Of a stretch of 43,462 nt of DNA, positions 11,306 to 25,589 are shown in pieces; position 1 is the first letter of the stretch, and the number at the start of each line of letters is the position of its first letter. Under the pieces are notes generated by a model that saw only the letters and a program-made list of their open reading frames with translations, had not been told where the DNA came from and made no database searches. The position numbers and the translations under genes are program-made. This DNA comes from Macrostomum lignano (Eukaryota): assembly GCA_002269645.1 (NCBI GenBank), contig NIVC01002270.1, positions 1-43,462 of the forward strand, given 5' to 3'.

Positions 11306-11947
11306 ATGTACCATCTGGACATGAACATGAGCAGTCTGCCGAATTTTTCGCACAACTTTTTGGCTCAGACGGCTTCAAGATTCTATGCGGCTGGAGGAGC
11401 TGCTGAACAGACTCAGCAGCCGATGCAGCAGCCGATGCAGCAGCCGATGCAGCAGCCGCCGTCTTCATCGATGCTGCAGACTTCTGGCCAGCAGCAGTCC
11501 TCCATTGGCAGGGCTGCCAGCTTCGCCATTCACGAGCTGCTCGGTCTTGGCGGCGGCGGCGGCGGCGGAGGCGGCGGCACCGGCCAGCCAGTCGTTCCAT
11601 CAGCTTCGTCATCCGCGCACCAGCAGCTGGGCTACGGCACGGCATCAAGCAGCGGTTACCATGGTATGGCCGCTGCCGCGGCAGCTGCAGCAGCGGCCGC
11701 CGCCGCGAGGACTGCTGGCGAATGTCGCTGGCCGCCGGCACGGCGGGCAGCATAGGCAACGGCGGCGAATCCGACGCCAGGGATGCCAGATCGGCAGTCG
11801 CCGCGGCGGCGGCGGCGGCGGCTGCGGCGGTCGCATCAACAGGAGTCTGGCCGTCGGTGTCCGCCCCGGCAATTGTCGCTGGCGGCGGCGTCGGCGGTGC
11901 GAACGGCGGCCCGTCGCCCAGCAATTCGTCAGCAGCCTTTGGCAGCC
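11306..11947 (+). CDS. Vsx: Vsx (visual system homeobox; Chx10/ceh-10 family) exon 1, apparent 1-bp deletion near 11707
   Basis: ATG at 11306; eh1/octapeptide FAIHELLGL; QQPM x3, poly-Gly and poly-Ala tracts. The first frame stops at 11755, but adding one G at about 11707 joins the frame EDCWRMSLAAG...AAFGS, which ends at a phase-1 donor C|GTGAGT compatible with exon 2. Confidence 0.85.
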
Positions 11948-11952
11948 GTGAG

Positions 11953-12005
11953 TCTCTCTCTCTCCCTCTCTCTCCCTCTCCCCCTCTCTCTCTTTCTCTC
12001 CCTCC

Positions 12006-12054
<49 letters not shown>

Positions 12055-12118
12055 TCTCCCCCTCTCTCTCTCCCTCCTTCTCTGTCTCTCTCCCCCCCCT
12101 CTCTCTCTGCCTCTCTCT
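11953..12118. repeat. (CT)n microsatellite starting at the Vsx intron 1 donor
   Basis: Direct reading. Confidence 0.95.
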
Positions 12119-13128
12119 ACTGTGAATAATTTTGCACCTGTTCAGGTCAGAGGCAATTTAGCCAGTGATTGCGGTGCAAGAGGGTTGAAAAACACGCCAC
12201 AGAATTCCTGGTTGCGGCTGGCTCCCCATGGAGCGCTCGCTCTCCATAACTCAATCTGCTTTCTTGGAAAGCTACTTGTTATTCCCCTTCCTGGTTCTCT
12301 TTTTTAAGCCTCTCTCTCTAGCTGAAGAGTGGCCGGGCCTTATAAAAATCCCAACCTCTGTAAGAAGGCGCGAATCGACTTTTCTCTCGCAGGCCAAGGC
12401 TGAAGTGACTTTCACTGGGGCCCGCGCAGAGGTGTGGAGTCTGTAGCTGATTTAACCCGTGTACCAGCAACTTCATCAACTCATCTTCTCAACCCCGCCA
12501 CCACCTGCGTGGCCCACATCAATTAACAACTATATAACTGGGATGCATACACAGCATGTATAGATTAGAACTTCTGACTTCCCAGCCTATGGTTGGGCCA
12601 CGCGCGGGTTGTTGTATGAAAAATTTGATAATTAAAATATCCACTCTCGCTATGCCTGCATCACCCCCGCCCCCAATCCCATTCTCCACACTGTAGGTGT
12701 GATTGACAGTTGTCATGTGTTGGACAAAATATTGCATCCCAAGACTATGCTAATGTTGCTGACCCAAGGGGAAGGGCCTGGGGAGGCCCGCATAAGGCAC
12801 AGCGAGTGATGAGATCATGAAATTTTAATTTGATCTTCAACTTATTTTTTTGTTCAGTCAAGGGGCGAAGGAATCAAGCGCTAACATATTAACTTTTATA
12901 TAATATTAATAATTTCCCCACTGAATGTCCCAGAACGGGTGCCGCGAATTTGGGATTAGTAGATGAGGGCTGGGCACCTGGTGATGGGGGTAAGAAAGGG
13001 AAAGTGAGAGAAACCCGCGCCTCGGTTGCCGGGTGGCTTCGCGTCACGGGATGCTCGGGATTGGGGATATGCGGCATTGTCTGAGAGGCCATGCTATTCC
13101 CATTGTTGTGCCTGCCAGCATCCCAGTT

Positions 13129-13338
13129 CAGTCCCAAGCGCGCCAGTCCCAAGCGCGCCAGTCCCAAGCGCGCCAGTCCCAAGCGCGCCAGTCCCAAGCG
13201 CGCCAGTCCCAAGCGCGCCAGTCCCAAGCGCGCCAGTCCCAAGCGCGCCAGTCCCAAGCGCGCCAGTCCCAAGCGCGCCAGTCCCAAGCGCGCCAGTCCC
13301 AAGCGCGCCAGTCCCAAGCGCGCCAGTCCCAAGCGCGC
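13129..13338. repeat. 15-bp minisatellite (CAGTCCCAAGCGCGC) x14 in Vsx intron 1
   Basis: Fourteen perfect units; explains the GLARL/SAPVP/QSQAR/ASPKR ORFs. Confidence 0.97.
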
Positions 13339-13481
13339 TAGTGTACTAAAAATATTTTTTTAAAATTGTAAAGGATTTAAAATTGGGCATAAATTCTCAA
13401 CTACCCGTAGAGACAGGCTAATAAATCTGTTCCATATCTGACTCGCGTATAAGTCACGGCATTTCGGTGCATTTTTTTCAG

Positions 13482-13575
13482 TTGACCAGCGCCACCACCA
13501 CTCCATGAGCAACCTGCTTGACGATAACCTGTTTACCAACAGCGCCAAGAAAAAGAAGAAGAAGCGACGCCACCG
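13482..13575 (+). CDS. Vsx: Vsx exon 2 (LDQRHHHSMSNLLDDNLFTNSAKKKKKKRRHR)
   Basis: Acceptor TTTTTTTCAG|, donor CG|GTGAGT; ends with the KKKKRRHR homeodomain N-terminal arm typical of Vsx. Confidence 0.93.
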
Positions 13576-13737
13576 GTGAGTTCAGGAAATTTATGGCATC
13601 ATTTTTAGATAGATAAATAGATAGACGAAATTAATAAAAAACCACACACACAGTGAGAGAAACTGCTCGTTTAATTTTTAAAGCAGGCGACCAAATTTTC
13701 GGCAAGATGGGCCTTCGTCAGGGTCCGAAAATATTTT

Positions 13738-14014
<277 letters not shown>

Positions 14015-14439
14015 TAGGCTTTAGTGCCTGCCACTGTGTTCCAATGCATTCAGGCGCAGATTGACAGCAGCAGATGCCACACTGGATGCTTGGCGCTGCA
14101 ATAATAATTTCTCTCCCATAAGTCCCATAAAAGCCAGCCACCCTATGCTGCAGCACACTTAATCTCCTAATTCCCAGCATCCCATATGCAGTTCGAGGCC
14201 AATCATCAGACTAACTAACTAGCAATTAGCAGTGCACGCAGTTCCACCCGTCGAACCGTCTGCTTCAAGAACAAAGCAGTGGCAAGGAAAGTTCAGACGG
14301 GTTGCATGTGAACAGCTGGTTGCAGTCGAAATCTTAACCTAGAAGTATAGGATTGGAAACCACTGAAGAATGAAAAACAATAAGGAGATGAAAATTAACC
14401 AACGATTGGTTTTGAAGCCACCCGATGATTCAGAGGGGA

Positions 14440-14935
14440 GATATTAGAGAAACTCCGAAAATCTCATCCTGAGATCCCAAAAGGAGATACTATAAGAAAT
14501 CCGAAATCTCACCATGAGATCCCATAAGGGGATGTTCTAAAACTCCGAAAATCTCACCCTGAGATCCCATAAGGGGATGTTATAAAACTCCGAAAATCTC
14601 ACCCTGAGATCCCATAAGGGGATGTTATAAAACTCCGAAAATCTCACCCTGAGATCCCATAAAGGGGATGTTATAAAACTCCGAAAATCTCACCCTGAGA
14701 TCCCATAAGGGGATGTTATAAAACTCCGAAAATCTCACCCTGAGATCCCATAAAGGGGATGTTATAAAACTCCGAAAATCTCACCCTGAGATCCCATAAA
14801 GAGATGTTCTAGAACTCCGAAAGTCTCACCCTGAGATCCCATACGGAGAAATTCTAGAACTCCCAAAATCTTACTCTGAGATCCCTTACGCTCGTAATGA
14901 GAGGTTCTAGAACTCCGAAAATCTCACGATGAGAT
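14440..14935. repeat. 45/46-bp minisatellite, about 11 copies, in Vsx intron 2
   Basis: Unit GATGTTATAAAACTCCGAAAATCTCACCCTGAGATCCCATAAGGG; period 45 measured at 14541/14586/14631. Confidence 0.92.
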
Positions 14936-14993
14936 GATATTCAGGACGAAGAAATGCAACAGAGTTTCACCGGATCCATCCATCTCACCGCAG

Positions 14994-15298
14994 CACAATA
15001 TTCACCAGCTACCAGCTGGAGGAGCTTGAGAAGGCATTCGGCGAGGCGCATTATCCCGACGTCTACCAGCGCGAGGTGCTCAGCCTGAAGACCGACCTGC
15101 CCGAGGATCGGATCCAGGTGTGGTTTCAGAACCGGCGGGCCAAGTGGCGCAAGACAGAGAAAACCTGGGGCAAGTCCTCCATCATGGCAGAGTACGGCCT
15201 GTACGGAGCCATGGTGAGACACTCGCTGCCGCTGCCCGAGAACATCCTCAAGGGCTGCAGCGGCTCGCCTGAGAAGTCCAGCGCCCCCTGGCTGCTGG
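14994..15298 (+). CDS. Vsx: Vsx exon 3: paired-like Q50 homeodomain and most of the CVC domain
   Basis: [86 protein letters not shown]...APWLL; acceptor CGCAG|, donor G|GTGAGT. Confidence 0.98.
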
Positions 15299-15312
15299 GT
15301 GAGTTCCGTGAT

Positions 15313-16505
<1,193 letters not shown>

Positions 16506-16896
16506 AATTCCGCCAGTTATTAACTCTCGTCATTATCCCCAATGCACCGCAGGCGCACTCTATCAGCATGGTTGCACTTTCTAATTTCCATTATTTACTT
16601 TCAAGATTAAAAAAACCACCCAAGAGCTTAGACACGAAGTTTGTCGTGGTTCTCTGGGGATCATTGAAAAACTTTGCTCCGTTTGGTCCGCTAATGAGGC
16701 AGCAGTCTGCGGCAGGCCTGGACTGTCGAATCAGTAAATGCCTCGATTTTCTGGTTAAAAACTGGCAAAACTGGTGTAATATTTTGTCGTCTAATGTTAA
16801 AGCAAGGTGAACTGCTCACACTGATGTCTCTAACGGCGGGAGAACCTGGACGAATTTCTAATTAATGACATATTTAGAAACTTCGCAACTTTGGTG

Positions 16897-17420
<524 letters not shown>

Positions 17421-17590
17421 TCAAGGCAACAGTCGCACCGCAGTCAGCGAACCCCTGACTTTCCCATCGCTAGATATGTACACTCTCTGAGCCTTGGGGG
17501 TTGACTCTCATTGTCAAGAGTCTCACAACATGCCACATGCCTGTTACTAATTAAATACTGATTTGGCCAAATTTTTCCCCCATTCGGCAG

Positions 17591-17775
17591 GCATGCACAA
17601 GAAAAGTTTGGAAGCGTCCAAAAAATTCAAAGAACAGTCCGAACTCTCGTCCGAGGACAACGAGCCAGTCATGGACGAGGACGGCGCCCTCGAACACGAC
17701 GTCCTTGGCGAGCAACAGCAGCAACAGCGGCCGTCGGCGACGGGGAATCCTGGGAGCGCGAGCCAATCGGAATAG
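17591..17775 (+). CDS. Vsx: Vsx exon 4: end of CVC domain and acidic tail
   Basis: Acceptor CGGCAG|, phase 1, completing APWLL-GMHKKSLEA; TAG at 17773-17775. Joined CDS is 1226 nt, +1 = 408 aa. Confidence 0.95.
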
Positions 17776-17936
17776 CCGTGACCTTGGGGAAACCCCCGCC
17801 CGTGCTCGTCTCTGATTGGCCAAGCTGAGGCAGTCTTGCCCCTATAAATATATCTATACACAAATGGCTGAAATGGTTCGCAATGCAAACAGAAATATGT
17901 CGCCACTTGCACAGCCGTATACATAATGATAAGCCT

Positions 17937-17942
17937 AATAAA
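17937..17942 (+). other. Candidate polyadenylation signal for Vsx
   Basis: AATAAA about 160 nt after the stop codon. Confidence 0.45.
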
Positions 17943-18242
17943 CTATTGTGAGCATTACTAATGCATTATCAATACGGTTTGCTTTTTCTGCCTACCTGAT
18001 TGCCCACTTCACAATATTAGTGTTTAATTATACATGTAATTTCTTTCTTAGCTGCGTGAATATTGCACACAGGTGCGAATGCAAATGTAATATTTAATGA
18101 ATCATCGCGCGCTTAGACAATTAAATGAATTTCAATTCTTTAAAAAAGAGAATTCACGTAAATTTTGTTCCTTTTTTTCGTTAAACTTTATCAATTGAAA
18201 GGTCAAATTATCAAGGATTAGTATAATCGGTGTACGGGATGC

Positions 18243-18625
18243 GCCAACTGAGGGCGCCATGTGGAGGGGGCGCCAAGTGGGGGAGGCCATGTGGAGGGGG
18301 CGCCAAGTGGGGGCGCCATGTGGAGGGGGCGCCAAGTGGGGGCGCCATGTGGAGGGGGCGCCAAGTGGGGGCACCATGTGGGGGGCACCAATTGGGGGCG
18401 CCAGGTGGGGGGCGCCAAGTGGGGGCGCCATGTGGGGGGGCACCAAGTGGGGGCACCAACTTGGGGGTGCCAACTGGTGAGGGCGCCAGTTGAGCTCGGG
18501 GCAATGTCCTTGAGGGGGTCACTGTCCTTGGGGGGGCACTGTCCTTGGGGGCACTGTCCTTGGGGGACACTGTCCTTGGGGGCACTGTCCTTGGGGGGAC
18601 ACTGTCCTTGGGGGGATACTGTCCA
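18243..18625. repeat. G-rich arrays: GGCGCC-core 13-16-bp units (18243-18490) then CACTGTCCTTGGGGG units (18505-18625)
   Basis: Direct reading; explains the overlapping APP/WGAP ORFs. Confidence 0.9.
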
Positions 18626-19589
18626 TCCAAGGATGCATCGGGTCAGTCGGATGTCGGGGTCGGTTGTACACAACAGAACAAATAGATTCGATCAGTTTAT
18701 TATTGCCATTGAGAATTGAGCTTAAAATAAACAGGAAGGATACTCGACCACAAAGCAGCATACGGTAGGTGGCTACAATTAGGCCGGTGAAGTCTAGGCA
18801 ACCCACCGTCCTGCCTCCTCTCTCCCACAATCCCCAGCTCAGCGGGGGGCATTCGTTCGTGAGCAGGGAACAATGGGGGGTCTTGGCGGCCGCGTGCGGT
18901 TTCTGGGGATCATCTGGTGAAACTGCGATTTCTCATCCCATCTATCGTCTCGTTGGCGGCAGGGTCGGCGGCTGCCACCAAGGGGGAGGCATCTGCCAAG
19001 AGGCTCCAGTGAGAGCGGGCTTGCGTGATGATTGCGGAGTCCAGCAGAACCCGGGCGCAAGACTTCCCGCTGCTTCGTTCAGAGCGCAAAGCAGATTTTA
19101 ATTTTTTCTTTTTCAAAGTTTCTATTTTCAGATCTTCCTGCGCAGTGCTACAAGAAAGAATTGAGTAGCTGGTTTCTTTTGATCACTCTTCTTACTTCCT
19201 TATTCTAACTAATTTTTCTGGCCACTGTGCAACTTTTTTCCCTGCTGATGACGACGGTGATGAGGCACAATAGTGAGGCTGGGCGCGAGGCTGAGGGGAG
19301 TAATTAATTTGCTAATAAATTGGCATTTAAGTCGGCGCCGGCACAGAAAGGCGGTGGGGGGGGCCTCCACCGGGCGTGTCTAAACGGGCGGAAGCGCGAG
19401 ACTGTATGGGGAGGCTGGTGGAACCGATGATGGGGAGAGCTTTTTGACACGTTAGACTCGCAGGGGGACTCAGGGCGCGGAACCGTATTGGGGGGGGGGG
19501 GTTGAAGGAAAGTCTAGAGGCTCCGGAGTGGCCTCTCCTCAGCCTAGCGGGCCAAGGAGAACTTAAACGAAATTTGGGCGGGCCAATGC

Positions 19590-20390
19590 AGATGAGAGAG
19601 GAAAGGAGAGGGAATGGAAGGGAGAGAGGAGAGAGGAGATGAGAGGATAGATCAGTGAGAGATGCAAGGAGAGATGAGATGAGGGAGACGAGATGATAGA
19701 TGAGGTAAGAGATGCAAGGAAAGAGAAGAGATGAGAGACGAGATGATAGATGAGGTAAGAGATGCAAGGAAAGAGAAGAGATGAGAGACGAGATGATAGA
19801 TGAGGTAAGAGATGCAAGGAAAGAGAAGAGATGAGAGACGAGATGATAGATGAGGTAAGAGATGCAAGGAAAGAGAAGAGATGAGAGACGAGATGATAGA
19901 TGAGGTAAGAGATGCAAGGAAAGAGAAGAGATGAGAGACGAGATGATAGATAAGGTAAGAGATGCAAGGAGAGAGAAGAGATGAGGGAGACGAGAGGATA
20001 GATGAGGTAAGAGATGCAAGGAGAGAGAAGAGATGAGAGACGAGATGATAGATGAGGTTAGAGATGCAAGGAGAGAGAAGAGATGAGGGAGACGAGAGGA
20101 TAGATGAGGTAAGAGATGCAAGGAGAGAGAAGAGATGAGAGACGAGATGATAGATGAGGTTAGAGATGCAAGGAGAGAGAAGAGATGAGGGAGACGAGAG
20201 GATAGATGAGGTAAGAGATGCAAGGAGAGAGAAGAGATGAGAGACGAGATGATAATTGATAGATGAGGTAAGAGATGCAAGGAGAGAAGAGAAAGGAGAT
20301 GATATGATAGATGAGATAAGAGATGAGAGGATAAATGAGACAAGAGATGCAAGGAGAGAAGAGATGAGAGAGGAGATGAGAGAGAAGAGA
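19590..20390. repeat. Purine-rich 50-bp minisatellite
   Basis: Unit GAGATGCAAGGAAAGAGAAGAGATGAGAGACGAGATGATAGATGAGGTAA; period 50 at 19741/19791. Confidence 0.93.
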
Positions 20391-21489
20391 CACAAACCTT
20401 GAGCGGGCCGGCCGGATTGCTATTGCAAAATTTCAAAGCTGAGGTCCAGTTTCTATACTAAGTTTGTTAATAAGTTTATCATAGCTCACATAGCTTTATT
20501 GTTTGGTTGATTAAATAAATTTTTATTAAACTGTTTTTGTACACATTCGAAAAAGACTATTAGTATCAAGGGCAACTGCTAACTCCAGGCTCTCCTTTAA
20601 AATTATCCTTGGCTAGGGCGCTTGCTGGAGGGCTAAGGGAGACGAATCGGGTGGAGACAGGCAAATGGGATAATTAGTGGGGTGGCGCTGCGGCCGCGGC
20701 CCACCTGGGGAGAGGAGAAACGTGATTTTTCGCCGGGACGATTTCGCAAAAAGACTTGGGGAGAAGACGAGGATGTCAAGAGCAGGGAGAGAGTAGAGAG
20801 AGCGAGAGCTGGGGAGACCAGAGGTGGATAGAGAACAGTAAAGATCCCCAATTGGGATTTTATCCCCTTGTAAAGCTTAAATTCAAATTGCCAGTCAAAA
20901 GCGGGTTGATGTCCTTAAGAAAACTGAGTACTGAAATTCGCAATATACAATTTCTATCTTATACGCAAGCAATTACCGGCAAGTTAAGCAGAGCTGGTAG
21001 CGGTTAGTACGCTCGTAGCCTACGCAGTTGAAGCAAGTCTGCAACGCTACAAATCAGCACAAGCATCAAAATCAACCCTGCACCGGTGGGGAAGGCAGTG
21101 AGACAGGCGGTCTGCATCAAGTTTGAGTCCGCTAATCTTCACCTCCCTCCTCTCTATCTGCTCTCTCTACTATAATTGGCCTCATTTACCTCATTAGGGA
21201 ATTCGAAGGTGAGGACGGAACGGCGAGGACTCACGCGGAGCCTCCCGCCTCTTTCTCGTGGCCTATACAGCCTCTCTATCGCTAGCGTGCGATAATTTTG
21301 CATGCATCCTCATTTTGTCACACCCCTTCACTCAGCACAGGATTCGGGTTGCCCGCCACCGAGCCCCCCCCTCCCGCCCCGAGGCGCGGTGGAAACAGTG
21401 ACCTGCTGGGAGAAAATCTGCATAGGAAACTTTATTCAGCACAGTCTGTGCTGCTCTTGTCTCACAGCGCCATTCTCTCGCTGCTCTCT

Positions 21490-22030
<541 letters not shown>

Positions 22031-22429
22031 CAAAATCTCACGGCAAGAAGACAAAAGAAGGCGATGACGGGCAACCCACAGGCAGGAGCAGCAGCGCGGG
22101 CATCAGACCCGGGGGTGGCGGGGATATCCTGTCCGCGCACCTTTCTTCACCTTCTCCGATTTCTCTCCCCCTACCTCAGTGTCACGCGCGCGAGCGAGAA
22201 AATTTCCCATATCGACCTCTCGGGCTGCGACTGCAGCCCCTAATTACTAGGGTTTTTTATTCGAAGGTACAAAACAGCTTTGAGGCAGCGGTGAGGCCAC
22301 ATTGCCAGTGAAACTAATACGAGTATTTATGTTTAAGACTATGTATAGATCCTTTAATCCTTTTCAGCTGACCAACTCAACTTCTTAACAAAGCCTCAGT
22401 TAACAAGTTCCTTAAGCCAATCTGCTGCT

Positions 22430-22810
22430 CTGATCAACCAATCTACGGACTCGTACCGTTCTAACAGCCAACCTACCAACCAATCTACCCCTCTACCAAC
22501 CAATCTAACAATCTGCCAACCAATCTACCACTCTACCAATTAATCAACCACTCTACCAACCACTACCATTATAGTAACCAATGTACCACTCTACTAAGCA
22601 ATCTATCATTCTACCAACAAACCTACCATTCTACCGATCAATCTACTTCACACTCTAACAACCTATTTTCCACTCTACAAACCAAACTACCATTTTCGAA
22701 CCAAACTACCATTTTCCCAACCAATCTACCATTTTTCCAACCAATCTACCACTTTTCCAACCAATCTACCACTTTCCCACCCAATCTACCATTTTCCCAC
22801 CCAATCTATC
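22430..22810. repeat. Degenerate ACCAATCTACCACT-type tandem repeat
   Basis: Repeated CCAATCTACCA motifs at about 20-bp spacing. Confidence 0.75.
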
Positions 22811-24159
22811 AAGCAGAAATTTAGTTTTTTTCTCCTGCTTGAATCCTAGCAGCTCGAACAAACGTCCCTAGCAGAGCTTGCCAGACTTCAGCTAAGGCAA
22901 AGGCAAGAATTAATTGGACCCAAAGGAAGAATTCAACACGCAGGTCGCAGTCAAATTCTAGTTAAATACTCCTAGAGTGAGAATTATTTTCCGCCTTGTT
23001 CAACCGACAAGAGCTGTTGAATTGTGACCAGCTGGAGTGGGCCTGGTCTGGAGAAAGTTGCCGCAGGGGTTAGGGTAGGGGTTTCTGCCATAGACTATAA
23101 GAGCCGGGCGGCTGCTGGAGGAGGCTGGCTTCTCGGCGAAAGCCCACAACCACCTTAACAATTTAAGAGGGTTCTTAAATGGCTTTGCTAACAAAACGTT
23201 GCACCACCACACCGCCTCCGGTGCCTCCCTGCAAGCGCAAGAGCAAGTGCTTGCAAGTCTGGTAGCCTGCATGGTTAGCAGGGAATGAAGGACGGGCCCT
23301 CGGTCACGTGTCCTTCCCGATCATATAGAAATTCACACAATGCTTGATTATAATTAATTAATTTCTCCAATATAGGCCTGATTAATAAATTCTGATGAAG
23401 TTTAAAATAATCTGGAACCTGCGTTTTCTTAGAATAGCAATCTGCATCAAAGCATTTTGGACGAGAGCAGATCGTTTGAAAATAAAATACCAACTAGACA
23501 AGGGAAATAGGATTTGATTTCATGATATAACAATGACTAAGTAGTAGCTTTGAATTCGGAGTAAGGTGTTTAGTTAAAGGAAAGATAGCTAAGGGTTCTC
23601 TCACTCTCTTGTTCCATCTTAATTTTAGTTTTCAAGAGGCTGCCAGCACGCTACTGATGGGGGGGAGAGTGAGGGGAGCCACCCACTTGTCTCCGGCCGT
23701 GCAGTCCTCGGAGCTCGCCGCATGATCTGTCTAAGAAGACGGCGATTTTAATCAGTTTGATAAAAAAATCGCAAAAATGGCTGCCGCCACCAGCGGCCAC
23801 TTCTCTACTTGATATCCCCGAATCGCAGCGGGGGCTCCGATTCGCTTCTATCTAATTGCTCCCCCCATTAATTTGTCTAATCGGGCGTGGTTCAGTGATG
23901 TTTTCTCAGCATCTTGTTATTGTTGAAGTGAAAGCGCGAACAGTTGTCGATTCTTACCTGCTGTCCTGCAACTGCAGCGTTGGCACCTTCTTGGCGCCCA
24001 CTCTCTGTCTACTTTTCACCGTCCTCTTTTTCTGTTAAAATTGCCTCCCAAGTAGGTGAATGTTATGTAAGATGGTAGGCACAGTATGTATAGTGCATAA
24101 GGGCAGAAAACTTGCATGTCTGGTCGACAGGTCAGTGGTTTCATGGGTTGTTAGTTAAG

Positions 24160-24948
24160 TAGATAGGTAGGTAGGTAGGTAGGTAGGTGGGTGGGTGGGT
24201 TGGTGGGTAGGTAGGTAGGTAGGTAGGTAGGTAGGTAGGTGGGTGGGTGGGTTGGTGGGTAGGTAGGTAGGTAGGTAGGTAGGTAGGTAGGTAGGTGGGT
24301 GGGTGGGTGGTGGGTTGGTGGGTTAGGTAAATAGGTGGGTGGGTGGGTGGGTTGGTGGGTAGGTAGATAGGTAGGTAGGTTGGTAGGTAGGAGGGTAGGC
24401 AGGTAGGTAGGTAGTTTGGTGGGTAGGTAGGTGCATAATAGTAGACAGGTAGGTAGTTACATAATACTAGGTGGGTAGGTAGGTACATAGCACGTAACTA
24501 GGCAGGTAGGTACATAGCACGTACTAGGCAGGTAGGTACATAATAGTAGGCAGTTGGGTACATAATAGTAGGTAGGCAGGTAGGTAAATAATAGTAGGTA
24601 GGCAGGTAGGTACATAATAGTAGGTAGGCAGGTAGGTACATAATAGTAGGTAGGCAGGTAGGTACATAATAGTAGGTAGGCAGGTAGGTACATAATAGTA
24701 GGTAGGCAGGTAGGTACATAATAGTAGGTAGGCAGGTAGGTACATAATAGTAGGTAGGCAGGTAGGTACATAATAGTAGGTAGGCAGGTAGGTACATAAT
24801 AGTAGGTAGGCAGGTAGGTACATAATAGTAGGTAGGCAGTTAGGTACATAATAGTAGGTAGACAGGTAGGTACATAATAGTAGGTAGACAGGTAGGTACA
24901 TAATAGTAGGTAGGCAGGTAGGTACATAATAGTAGGTAGGCAGGTAGT
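24160..24948. repeat. (GGTA/GGTG)n followed by a 26-bp minisatellite (GGTAGGTACATAATAGTAGGTAGGCA)
   Basis: Period 26 at 24611/24637. Confidence 0.93.
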
Positions 24949-25589
24949 TACGGTGTTGCAGAACAGCATGCTGAGTGAAATCAGCTATTAACAAGATCGT
25001 GAACAGGCCGGTCATATCCAACAATATTGTATTGAAATTCTTGTTGCGCTAAAAAGCGACTGAGAAAACACTTTACTCTACTTAAAATAAGTAGTCTAAA
25101 ATGTAAAAGGCTAGAATTATTTATTAAGTTTTAGAGAAGAAGCGACACAACCCAGGCCAACACATAAAGTAAGTCCTACACCCGCTCTGATCATAATCAG
25201 TATGTTGGAATGTTTTGCGTGCCATTTTAATGCGCAGTTTCTAGGCTGGCTAACCCCTGCCGCCGATTCTCTTATTAGTCACGCTATAGTGTTAGACTTG
25301 TTATAATGGAATGAATTAATTCAGAGCGTCTGTGATATAGGGCTGGCTTGTGCCCACGCAGTGTGTGACTCAGTCAGTGCAGTAAAGGACGGGCATATTA
25401 TTGTACACTTAGAGGCGGTTAATGTGATTAATAAATTCTGCGTGTTGTTAAAAATGGCTTTTTTAAAGGGCGGAAAAATTCAATAAGGTAAATTTAGCAG
25501 ACAAGATGAGCATAGTTCATAGTACACCTCCACAAACAGGACTGACGCAAAACCAAGAAACTTCGCTTCTTTGAAGGAAACTCCGTCAT

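Noticed and set aside
11664-11750. Micro-intron (GTATGG donor) explaining the Vsx exon 1 frame change
   Set aside because: Available AGs give lengths 21, 27, 30, 46 and 87; none is 3n+2 as required.
21174-21188. AIY-like motif AATTGGCCTCATTTA
   Set aside because: Mismatch in the core TTA half-site.
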